Source: a virus
Lineage: Duplodnaviria; Caudoviricetes
IMG/VR virus record: IMGVR_UViG_3300011438_000039
Location: 1 to 24,240 of that record
Length of the DNA: 24,240 nt
Direction: 5' to 3' (one strand)
Part shown: positions 8,913-16,208 of the stretch, in pieces
Numbering within the stretch: the first letter of the stretch is position 1
Layout: each line of letters opens with the position of its first letter
Notes under the pieces: generated by a model
The model's database searches: none
The model's input: only the letters and a program-made list of their open reading frames with translations
What the model was told of the DNA's origin: nothing
Program-made: the position numbers and the translations under genes

Positions 8913-10013
8913 TTATGCAATTTTTTTGTTTTGTACCTTTTCAGTCCACTTGGCGTACATCTTATTGAACCGTTCAGGCTCATTATCCATGATGTCCTCC
9001 AGTTTCTTTGTGTCGTTGTTGGCTAACCACTCATAGCTTTCTTCCTCGACAACTTCAGCGGTGTCAACTTTCATGTGAGCAACAACTGAAGCGCGCGGCG
9101 CTACTTTACTGTCTAGCATTACTTTGAATGCTTCCGGGGTTTCCATTGCCATCTTTACAAAGGCCTCTTTGAGTTCTGCCTTGTCGGAAAGTTTCTTTTC
9201 CTTAATTGCATTCTCAACCAAAAGTTTAGCTGCCGACTCTTTTGCAAGTTTCTCGGCGTCTTCTTTTGCTTTGATCTTTCCTTCGAGTTCAGTGATTTTT
9301 GCATCCTTAGCCGTTAGAGCCTTGGTGTTTTCTTCAAGTTTTGCCTGAACGTCTGCAATGATCTTCAGGGCATCACCTTCATTTTCTTTTGCCATTGTTT
9401 TTTCGATTAGTGAATTATAAACTGCGTAAAGGGCATACGGATCTTTTTCCTCGCCCTGAAGTTCCATATCTGTAGGAATGACCTCATCGATCAGTCCTTT
9501 GATTTTCATTTCTTTCGCCGTAAGCCACGTATCAGGAGCATCCTCTTTAAGCATGTCCTCGACCTGAGGCTTAGTGAAATTCGAAAGTTTGTAAAGAAGG
9601 GTTGCCAATGAATCGCGCATCAGCTCGACCATTGTTTTATCTGCGCCAGTAGGACCGTGAATCATTCCCTTGCTATACTCATAGCCGGAGCGATGTGATC
9701 CTGAGAGCAGAATGTTTAACCCCATCGAGGCGGCGATGCCAATGTTTTGGGTCTTCGCGCCGGTCTGCCGGATAGCGTCGATGATGGAGAACCCATCCAA
9801 AATATTACCACCGGGGCAATTGATCTTCACACAAATGTTTTTACCCTGGGATTTCCAGAAATACATTTCCTCGGCGAAGATGGCGCCTATGATTGTGCGG
9901 GGTTGTTTTGAAGAGGGTTGGCCGATGGGCAAACCAAGAAGCATGTAAACATCATTGTTTCCAATCTCGTTGGTGTAGTGAAACTCCCGTTGAAACGCTG
10001 GAAACTTGGCCAT
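8913..10013 (-). CDS. ClpP-like prohead protease fused to scaffold
   Basis: INCPGG, GIAASMG (Ser), MIH (His), TWLTAKE...GLIDEV; Lys/Glu/Ala coiled-coil C-half. ATG at 10013 preferred over TTG at 10031. Confidence 0.88.
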   Translation of the reverse strand: MAKFPAFQREFHYTNEIGNNDVYMLLGLPIGQPSSKQPRTIIGAIFAEEMYFWKSQGKNICVKINCPGGNILDGFSIIDAIRQTGAKTQNIGIAASMGLNILLSGSHRSGYEYSKGMIHGPTGADKTMVELMRDSLATLLYKLSNFTKPQVEDMLKEDAPDTWLTAKEMKIKGLIDEVIPTDMELQGEEKDPYALYAVYNSLIEKTMAKENEGDALKIIADVQAKLEENTKALTAKDAKITELEGKIKAKEDAEKLAKESAAKLLVENAIKEKKLSDKAELKEAFVKMAMETPEAFKVMLDSKVAPRASVVAHMKVDTAEVVEEESYEWLANNDTKKLEDIMDNEPERFNKMYAKWTEKVQNKKIA

Positions 10014-10079
10014 TCTTGGTATTATGTCCAATTATGGGACTAATATACCAGAATAGGATTGATAAAAGCAAATTGGGAA
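10012..10079 (-). promoter_or_regulatory. Candidate internal promoter with overlapping imperfect inverted repeat
   Basis: TTTG (10072-10069) N21 TATATTAG (10047-10040), one mismatch to TAnnTTTG; attcttggtattatgtcc/ggactaatataccagaat imperfect IR. Confidence 0.45.
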
Positions 10080-10091
10080 TGAAAAAATATT

Positions 10092-10817
10092 TTAGGTGTT
10101 TACATTCGCCCATGCTCCCCACGGTCCTGAAGGTGCCGCGTAAACCCTAACATAAATGTCGCCAGCAGCGCCAGCGGTTTGAATTGCTATCTGCACAAAG
10201 CCACCATTGTTTTCGTCTTCTGAGGTAATTACGAGCCACTTATGGCCGCCCGTTGCTGTTGGTGCATTGGCTGCGGCACTTGTGATGAATTGGATTCCCG
10301 GCGTGAGCATTGTATCGACGTCTGTGGTCGCGGTATACTTTTCATGGACCATAATCGAGGTGTCCACATCGGCAAAGCCCACTTTATAGACGATAGGATT
10401 CAAGCGCCTCGCATCGGGGGCCACCAAGTTTGCAATCGTGACATATTGACCGCCCGGGGAACTTCCAACCAACTCGGCGGTTTTGGTTTCAACGAGCGCG
10501 TGAGTGGTCCCATCGGCAAATGTTCTCGAATCACTTGTAGGGGTGGCGGGTGCGATAAATTTCGTAAAGGTTTGATTGGTGGCCGCTGCTATGCGCATGA
10601 ATTCACCATCAAGGTAAACTATACCGGCAGTCATGTCGAAGTTACTCGCGTTAGCGCTGAGTACACATCCCGACACAATTATTCCTTGGGTATCACCATC
10701 ATGATGGGCAAGCATAGCCTGCATAACATCCCACAATTCGGAGTTGAACACTTCACGCAAGTCATTTTTGAATAATGGTGCACCTCCCAGGTCGGTGGCT
10801 GATACTATCTTTTTCAT
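10092..10817 (-). CDS. Short tail fibre with C-terminal knob-like domain
   Basis: GGAPL...IIVSGC...AGIVYLDGE baseplate-attachment N-terminus; NAP...VQIA...IYVR...WGAW pyocin-knob-like end; ATG at 10817 preferred over TTG at 10832. Confidence 0.7.
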   Translation of the reverse strand: MKKIVSATDLGGAPLFKNDLREVFNSELWDVMQAMLAHHDGDTQGIIVSGCVLSANASNFDMTAGIVYLDGEFMRIAAATNQTFTKFIAPATPTSDSRTFADGTTHALVETKTAELVGSSPGGQYVTIANLVAPDARRLNPIVYKVGFADVDTSIMVHEKYTATTDVDTMLTPGIQFITSAAANAPTATGGHKWLVITSEDENNGGFVQIAIQTAGAAGDIYVRVYAAPSGPWGAWANVNT

Positions 10818-10818
10818 A

Positions 10819-11283
10819 TCAATATTGTTCAATTATGAATTTAGGGCCAGCTAATTTATATAAATAGGTTTGTGCTCTTACTTGTCTTTCTAACTCCAAT
10901 GTCCAAATGCCTACAGGGATCAACACCTTGAAATCAAAATCTATCGTTGGCGGTTCGCTACTCTCAAAGAAATAGATCGGATCATTCTCCACCGCTTCAG
11001 AAAAGTAAACCGGCACAAGTTCACTTTGTTCATAAAAAAAAGTGTTCTGTCCGACGTCCTGATTTGTTTCAATAATAATGAACGGTGCTGAGGTGATTCC
11101 GAACAAATCATTTAGCGCCGCTTGTAATACGATCTTTTGTCCATTCCATGTCGAGCGTTTCACCTCCTGGGCTTCAAACGCCTTCATCGCGTTGGTCTGT
11201 GTTTGCAACGGTTCCAGGAGAGAAACGATAAACTTGTGAAGTGTAGCGCTTACTCCGTTCTTTATGAGTAAAATATCTTTCAT
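10819..11283 (-). CDS. Baseplate wedge protein (gpI-like body) with MKDILL N-terminus
   Basis: SLLEPL...NGQKIVLQAALNDLF...DFKVLIP...YKLAGPKFII; lies just upstream of the fibre gene. Confidence 0.7.
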   Translation of the reverse strand: MKDILLIKNGVSATLHKFIVSLLEPLQTQTNAMKAFEAQEVKRSTWNGQKIVLQAALNDLFGITSAPFIIIETNQDVGQNTFFYEQSELVPVYFSEAVENDPIYFFESSEPPTIDFDFKVLIPVGIWTLELERQVRAQTYLYKLAGPKFIIEQY

Positions 11284-11615
11284 AACTCTACCACCACACT
11301 GTTAACTATTATCGTCGGAAACCTCCGCGCGTCTACCATTGGCCTGGGGAAAACATCGTTTTGTAACTGCACCCTTATCGCCCGTTGAATTTCTTGAGGG
11401 CTTTGTGTCCCTTGTAAAAACCGCCATATCCCTACCCCTATGGGCGGGAACTCTTTCCATGCTCCCGGCGAGGATTCAATCAGATAGTGGATATATTGAT
11501 TCTCTGGGTCACCCACCTTAAAGTCGTCGTTCACCTCCGAGAAATCAGCCGCCCTAACTACCGGAGGAAGTAGCTTTAATACCTGTGTGTCCCAATTGGC
11601 ATCAAACAAACTCAT
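11280..11615 (-). CDS. Sheath initiator (gp25/gpW-like body) with LLPPxxR N-terminus
   Basis: DFKVGD.ENQ...LI...PGAWKEFPPIGVGI...IRVQLQND. Confidence 0.7.
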   Translation of the reverse strand: MSLFDANWDTQVLKLLPPVVRAADFSEVNDDFKVGDPENQYIHYLIESSPGAWKEFPPIGVGIWRFLQGTQSPQEIQRAIRVQLQNDVFPRPMVDARRFPTIIVNSVVVEL

Positions 11616-12481
11616 ACGCTTTCCTCCTGCATGGTTAACGTGTCGGTCAAGGTGTTGCTTGCTGTGTCCTCGGAGATCAAGTAGCCAGCCACGGTCGTGT
11701 AATATCCCTGCACGTCGATTGATGTCGCGGAGCCAAGCGCCACAGACTCCATCCGCGCCTTTATATCAGTGAGCACCACACGACTAACACCGGGGACGGC
11801 CTGGATCGCATCCACGAGTTTTATCATGAATACCGTACCGTCAAAGGCTACATCCTGAAAGGTTGCAAAGAATTCATCTATGGCCGCTATGACATCCGCT
11901 TTGACGTCGGTTTCAATATATTGACCTAGGAAATATACTGTCGCCGCTACTCTCATTCTGTCGGGCTCAAGGTTAACAAAGGCAGCGCGTACCCCCGCGA
12001 ACCCTATCCCTTCCGTTGTTGCTGTGCCGTAGTAGTAATCGGTAAGCGCCGAAAGCTCTGGACCTGACAATGGCCCTAATGACGGTATGACACCTTTAGC
12101 CACTTTAATAGCCACTATGCCAGACCCTAATTCCTTCACGGAACATCTGGTTATTATCCGCGCTGACTCGTCCACCGGGTCGTAGCCTGGGACAAAGTCA
12201 GTGAGTATGATCACATCACCGTACTGAAAGTTTAGGATTTGCCGCTGTACCCATTTTGCATTTCCAGCCGGGGCACTGTCGGCAATACCTTGAATGGTAG
12301 CCTGTAAAATATCAATCATCACCTCCAGTGTGTACAACGCGGCTGCTACTGTAAATATAATGAGATTGAAAACGGAGACTTGAGAGCCGCCATCTTCAGG
12401 AAATAGATAGGCATCCAACTCAGGATATGTCCTGATCTTGGCTTTCATTTCCGCTTTTATTACTTCCAGTGTGCGTGCCAT
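11612..12481 (-). CDS. Baseplate J-like wedge protein
   Basis: MARTL..IK, W.....LNFQYGD, IKVAK, FAGV, FDG...KLVDAIQAVPGV, GY...AGY. Confidence 0.8.
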   Translation of the reverse strand: MARTLEVIKAEMKAKIRTYPELDAYLFPEDGGSQVSVFNLIIFTVAAALYTLEVMIDILQATIQGIADSAPAGNAKWVQRQILNFQYGDVIILTDFVPGYDPVDESARIITRCSVKELGSGIVAIKVAKGVIPSLGPLSGPELSALTDYYYGTATTEGIGFAGVRAAFVNLEPDRMRVAATVYFLGQYIETDVKADVIAAIDEFFATFQDVAFDGTVFMIKLVDAIQAVPGVSRVVLTDIKARMESVALGSATSIDVQGYYTTVAGYLISEDTASNTLTDTLTMQEESV

Positions 12482-13021
12482 TTATTCAAAAGGAGGTTTA
12501 GCAAACGTATTATCAAATACCCCCACGGCGGGAAGTGGTTCACTCAAAAAAAAATCTATCTCCAAGTCTACCGGAGTGATGGCCGTGCCCACATTATAAG
12601 CGACCGTCGACCGATAACGCGTCCGGTAATCAATGTAGGGCCTGTCCACGTTTTTATGATCCTCGTCAAACTCTGGGGTAACTTCCTGAAAAGAGGTAAA
12701 GATTAACCCGCTGACGTCGCTAGGGCGCATGAGGTGAACAGCCTGGTAAAAGGTATCGCAAAAGTCGAACGTTTCGAGGCGCTCTACTTTATGCGACACA
12801 ATCCCAAACCTAAACCGGACCGTGAGAAAATAGTCCTTAATTCCAAGGCAATAGTTGTTGACCTCATTGATAATGAATTCCACGTAACAGACCGGATAAA
12901 TAATGGCTTGTTCGGTGCGGTCGATGTCCGCTTTAGTAAACTGATCATTGAAAAGGTGGACTTTCAGCGTGGGTATGCGCGTTTCAATACGGGTTTTGAT
13001 GTAGTTGAAAAAGGCCTTCAT
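12482..13021 (-). CDS. Tail terminator/completion protein (Mu gp37-like)
   Basis: VHLFNDQF...YPVCYVEF pattern; follows gpG-like gene. Confidence 0.65.
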   Translation of the reverse strand: MKAFFNYIKTRIETRIPTLKVHLFNDQFTKADIDRTEQAIIYPVCYVEFIINEVNNYCLGIKDYFLTVRFRFGIVSHKVERLETFDFCDTFYQAVHLMRPSDVSGLIFTSFQEVTPEFDEDHKNVDRPYIDYRTRYRSTVAYNVGTAITPVDLEIDFFLSEPLPAVGVFDNTFAKPPFE

Positions 13022-13419
13022 TAGCTGTATTTCTTCAGGAACTGCAACACAAACCTATGATTTCTGCGCTCTAACCGTCTGGATTTGCCGATCATTTGCC
13101 GCTTAGGCAGTGTTCTGGTCCCCGTATTGTGCAATGCCATATACGGTACTAATGTACCAACTTTGCGCGTATTCCCATAACGGGACAAAACTTTAATGCT
13201 TTGGCGACCTCTTCCGGTCTTCACTAAAAGCCTTCTACCTGCGTTGTCTTTGTTGCTTTTTCGTGGTGCCCAGCGTTGGGGGGTATCATCGATGAATGCC
13301 TGGGCTTCGAAGTTGTCGATCTTGAAATGGTTCACCGCGTTGTTGGCCATCTTATCAAGGGTGATTTTCATATCCGCTTTCATCCTTCCGGCAATCTTGT
13401 GGAAGTTGAATTTGCTCAT
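13021..13419 (-). CDS. Virion morphogenesis protein (Mu gpG / tail S-like)
   Basis: WAPRK...LLVKTGRGRQSI...VPYMALHNTG...LPKRQMIG. Confidence 0.85.
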   Translation of the reverse strand: MSKFNFHKIAGRMKADMKITLDKMANNAVNHFKIDNFEAQAFIDDTPQRWAPRKSNKDNAGRRLLVKTGRGRQSIKVLSRYGNTRKVGTLVPYMALHNTGTRTLPKRQMIGKSRRLERRNHRFVLQFLKKYS

Positions 13420-14255
13420 AGCCGTGGTAGGTTGTAATTGTTGGCCTTAAACTCTGCATCGCCTTTTGCCACTTGGAAGTAGGGGTGGAATTTGGGATTG
13501 AAAATGAGTTTGTCCTTTCCGGGGTTCATCTTGAATACTTTCGGGTAGTCTTTTTCACCCCACGGTATCTCTGGCACCTCGGCGGTTTCTTTGGTATACT
13601 TTCCATGTTGGGTAACAAAACATCGGCAATTCCATCCCATTTTAGGCATGCAGTTATTCCAAAAAGGATCTCCCACGGGTTTGGTGATACCGTTAAGAAT
13701 TGCATGCTCATCCCGTACTCGCGCATCGCCTTGTGTATGATACCGAAGCATAGGCAGGGATTCTTTTTGATCCTCAAACAGCGTCCACTGTTTAGCCATT
13801 TCCGACTGACCGACAGCGGTGTTATATTCTGTTTTGAGGTAGTTTTTATTATAGGTCGTGAAAACCTTATCGGCTAATTTCCTGAATTCTCCGAAGGTGG
13901 ATTGCTGCCCAGCGATATTAATAAACTGACTCATTTCCCTGACCTGGGAATATTGTTTTGCCGCTGAGAACACATAGATATGGCGGCGTAGACCCTGCAA
14001 TACTTCGTACTCACTTGAGGTAAAGGGCACCTGCATCAGGTCATAGCCGAAGCCCTGGTAAAGCGCTTGCTCTAACAGTCCCGCTACCTTGTAATGATAG
14101 CCCAGGTTTAAATTGTTCTTGGTAATGATCCGGTTATACACCGCGATCATATAATACTCGATCTCGCCATCATTGAACAGATTGGGAAACGGGTCTACCT
14201 TATCGACATTTAGGACGGCAAACTTTTCAATGTGTTTCTTAATCCATGCCAGCAT
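13416..14255 (-). CDS. Mu gpF / SPP1 gp7-like minor head protein
   Basis: YLKTEYNTA, LRYHTQGDARVRDEH, DPFW, GWNCRC. Confidence 0.9.
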   Translation of the reverse strand: MLAWIKKHIEKFAVLNVDKVDPFPNLFNDGEIEYYMIAVYNRIITKNNLNLGYHYKVAGLLEQALYQGFGYDLMQVPFTSSEYEVLQGLRRHIYVFSAAKQYSQVREMSQFINIAGQQSTFGEFRKLADKVFTTYNKNYLKTEYNTAVGQSEMAKQWTLFEDQKESLPMLRYHTQGDARVRDEHAILNGITKPVGDPFWNNCMPKMGWNCRCFVTQHGKYTKETAEVPEIPWGEKDYPKVFKMNPGKDKLIFNPKFHPYFQVAKGDAEFKANNYNLPRL

Positions 14256-15531
14256 AAAGGTTTTTTAGCTCTTTAGCTGTTTGGAGTGGAGTAGTGGCGG
14301 GTTCAAGTTCTTTCTTTTTAACAGGCACCCCGTAGGTGTCGGTGATATATTTAGGATCAATTTCAAAACCCATTGCCGCGATCTTTGAATCGATGTCGGC
14401 TTTGTCTTTTAGTGGCACTTTCTCGGTCGTGTCCCAATCAAATTCGCAACCCTCCCAGTTAAAGCCAAGGTTCTCCATGAAAGGGAATAGCCGTGTGTTC
14501 ACAAGATGTTTTATAAACTTAGCATCGTTGTCGCCGTACATATTGGCCACGTTCTCGCCGGTTTCGCCTACAACCCTACCGGTATTGTTTGTTACCACGT
14601 CTTGCCCCCAGATGCGTTTAGCGACCTGTTCGTCGATATAGTTGTTGAGTTCTAAATAAACTTTATAGGCATCGGTGCGCGTGGTGCCCATGAATTCGAC
14701 CTTATCATTCTTAGTGAATACGCCATAGGCATTGGTCCCTAAGTTCTTGATGGCGGTAATAAAGTTAGTGCGGTCTTCGCCATCGGTATCAGTGTAGCCT
14801 ATGCGTTTATCCATCCCAAACACTTCAGCCCATTCGCTCCAATTGGCAAGGCAGTTGTCTTTGAATAGAATGTATTTTACCAGGGAAAACATTATTCCGA
14901 AATCGTGCGTCTTGCCCACAAACATAAGTTGATCGGTGAACCTGGGATCTGAAAAACTTATTCCCGTATTCTGCCCTGGGGTGTTGGTAATGATCCCGAG
15001 TTCAGGCTTTACATTGTCGCGGTCAATGATGTTGATAGGATCATAATATTTTATTCCCACCTGATAATTGAGGAATATACCTTCCGGTAATAACGGCCCG
15101 GTCTCCATCATTGTGAAACCCCACATCTTTGAATCTAGGCACGCATCAATCCAATCCATGAACCATGTAGCCTGCAATATTTTTGTTTTGTCAAGGTCTT
15201 CGTCTATTCCTCCAGGCTTCAAAACTTTAAATTCTTTCTCTTTGGTCTTCATCTTGCGGGATTCCCATTGCCCTGATAGGTTGGGATCGCGCATACACTC
15301 ACGGTAAATCCGGTGAAGATCCTCACGGTTATAGTTTATTATGTTCTCCGCGTTCTCAATAGCAAGCCTGAGCGTGCGGAGATCTTCGCGTGTTCTAAAC
15401 TTCTGCTGATCGAGGATATATTTTATAGGGCTTTTGGTGGTAGCCTTCACCATTTCATAGGAGGCGCGTGGGGTAACTTCGACTTGGTATTTCAAAGCAT
15501 CTTTGAATAATGGTAGTTGTGCGTCGCTCAT
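14239..15531 (-). CDS. Portal protein (DUF935 / Mu gp29-like)
   Basis: 430 aa; WSEWAEVFGM..RIG, KRIWGQ, YITDTYGVP; precedes gpF. Confidence 0.88.
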   Translation of the reverse strand: MSDAQLPLFKDALKYQVEVTPRASYEMVKATTKSPIKYILDQQKFRTREDLRTLRLAIENAENIINYNREDLHRIYRECMRDPNLSGQWESRKMKTKEKEFKVLKPGGIDEDLDKTKILQATWFMDWIDACLDSKMWGFTMMETGPLLPEGIFLNYQVGIKYYDPINIIDRDNVKPELGIITNTPGQNTGISFSDPRFTDQLMFVGKTHDFGIMFSLVKYILFKDNCLANWSEWAEVFGMDKRIGYTDTDGEDRTNFITAIKNLGTNAYGVFTKNDKVEFMGTTRTDAYKVYLELNNYIDEQVAKRIWGQDVVTNNTGRVVGETGENVANMYGDNDAKFIKHLVNTRLFPFMENLGFNWEGCEFDWDTTEKVPLKDKADIDSKIAAMGFEIDPKYITDTYGVPVKKKELEPATTPLQTAKELKNLYAGMD

Positions 15532-15707
15532 TCGTCAACTGTTAAAAGTAATTCAGTTTTTTCAACCGAGTCTCGGTCCACATAGGTAACATGGACCTCA
15601 TGAATCAATTCACCCTTTTCATTGACGGCCATATTCTCGGAATATTCAACGAGCTTGGCACCACGTGCATAGCAAACAATTTCCGTAACTAATTTCCGGT
15701 AGTTCAT
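15528..15707 (-). CDS. Hypothetical 59-aa protein; absent from ORF track
   Basis: MNYRKLVTEIVCYARGAKLVEYSENMAVNEKGELIHEVHVTYVDRDSVEKTELLLTVDE; ATGA overlaps at both ends fill the gap exactly. Confidence 0.8.
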   Translation of the reverse strand: MNYRKLVTEIVCYARGAKLVEYSENMAVNEKGELIHEVHVTYVDRDSVEKTELLLTVDE

Positions 15708-16162
15708 TCAAACTCAGTTAAATCAAATTCTTTCGAGGTAAACTTATCCTGACTTCCCAATAAATGGCGGGTGTAGAACGTATCCTTTTGCGCAAGACCA
15801 GGTAATAACGTAGCATCGCGCGAGGCTTCAAGCTCTTCCTTGGCCATCTTGTAGGCTTTCTCCCTTATCTCTGGAACGTCGCGCGGGTTGACGGTGAAAT
15901 GAATAGTATAAAGGGAAATGTCAATCGCCCACTTCATCACAAGGGCATTGCGTGAGGTCGACGCGGAATCAATGGCCAGCTCTTCGGTGATCTTGTACTT
16001 GGCGGAAAGCCATGCTTTTATTTCGGCGTAGGCTAAATTCTCGGCATTCTCTCTTACCTGGTCGACCGTTAGTCCTGAAGTAGCCGCCGCCTGAATTAAT
16101 ATTTCGTCAAGGTGAGCAATGGATATTCTAAGACTGTAATCCGATAGTTTGAGGTAAGCCAT
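15704..16162 (-). CDS. Head-tail adaptor (DUF1320 / Mu gp36-like)
   Basis: MAYL...DY, A.AEIKAWL..KY, RNALV....DISLY, PRDVPEIR. Confidence 0.8.
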   Translation of the reverse strand: MAYLKLSDYSLRISIAHLDEILIQAAATSGLTVDQVRENAENLAYAEIKAWLSAKYKITEELAIDSASTSRNALVMKWAIDISLYTIHFTVNPRDVPEIREKAYKMAKEELEASRDATLLPGLAQKDTFYTRHLLGSQDKFTSKEFDLTEFE

Positions 16163-16171
16163 TTAGGAACC

Positions 16172-16208
16172 TTTTCCCAAATTTGGAAAATAGTAGACAC
16201 TATTCAAA
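16172..16208 (-). promoter_or_regulatory. Intergenic double palindrome / candidate promoter
   Basis: ttttcccaaatttggaaaa near-palindrome (16172-16190); aatagt-agac-actatt IR (16189-16204); TTTG N19 CAAATTTG on the minus strand. Confidence 0.4.

Noticed and set aside
10242-10775. 177-aa + strand ORF and the other + strand ORFs within 846..19256
   Set aside because: All lie opposite well-supported minus-strand genes and show no recognisable motifs
11240-11560. Target-site duplication at the proposed baseplate swap junctions
   Set aside because: Best similarity is only about 7 of 9 nt; not significant
1387-12481. Extracellular contractile injection system, tailocin or T6SS
   Set aside because: Terminase, portal, protease, capsid and integrase are present, so this is a complete phage
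13416-14255. Possible MuF polymorphic toxin
   Set aside because: The protein ends shortly after the MuF domain; no toxin extension or immunity gene
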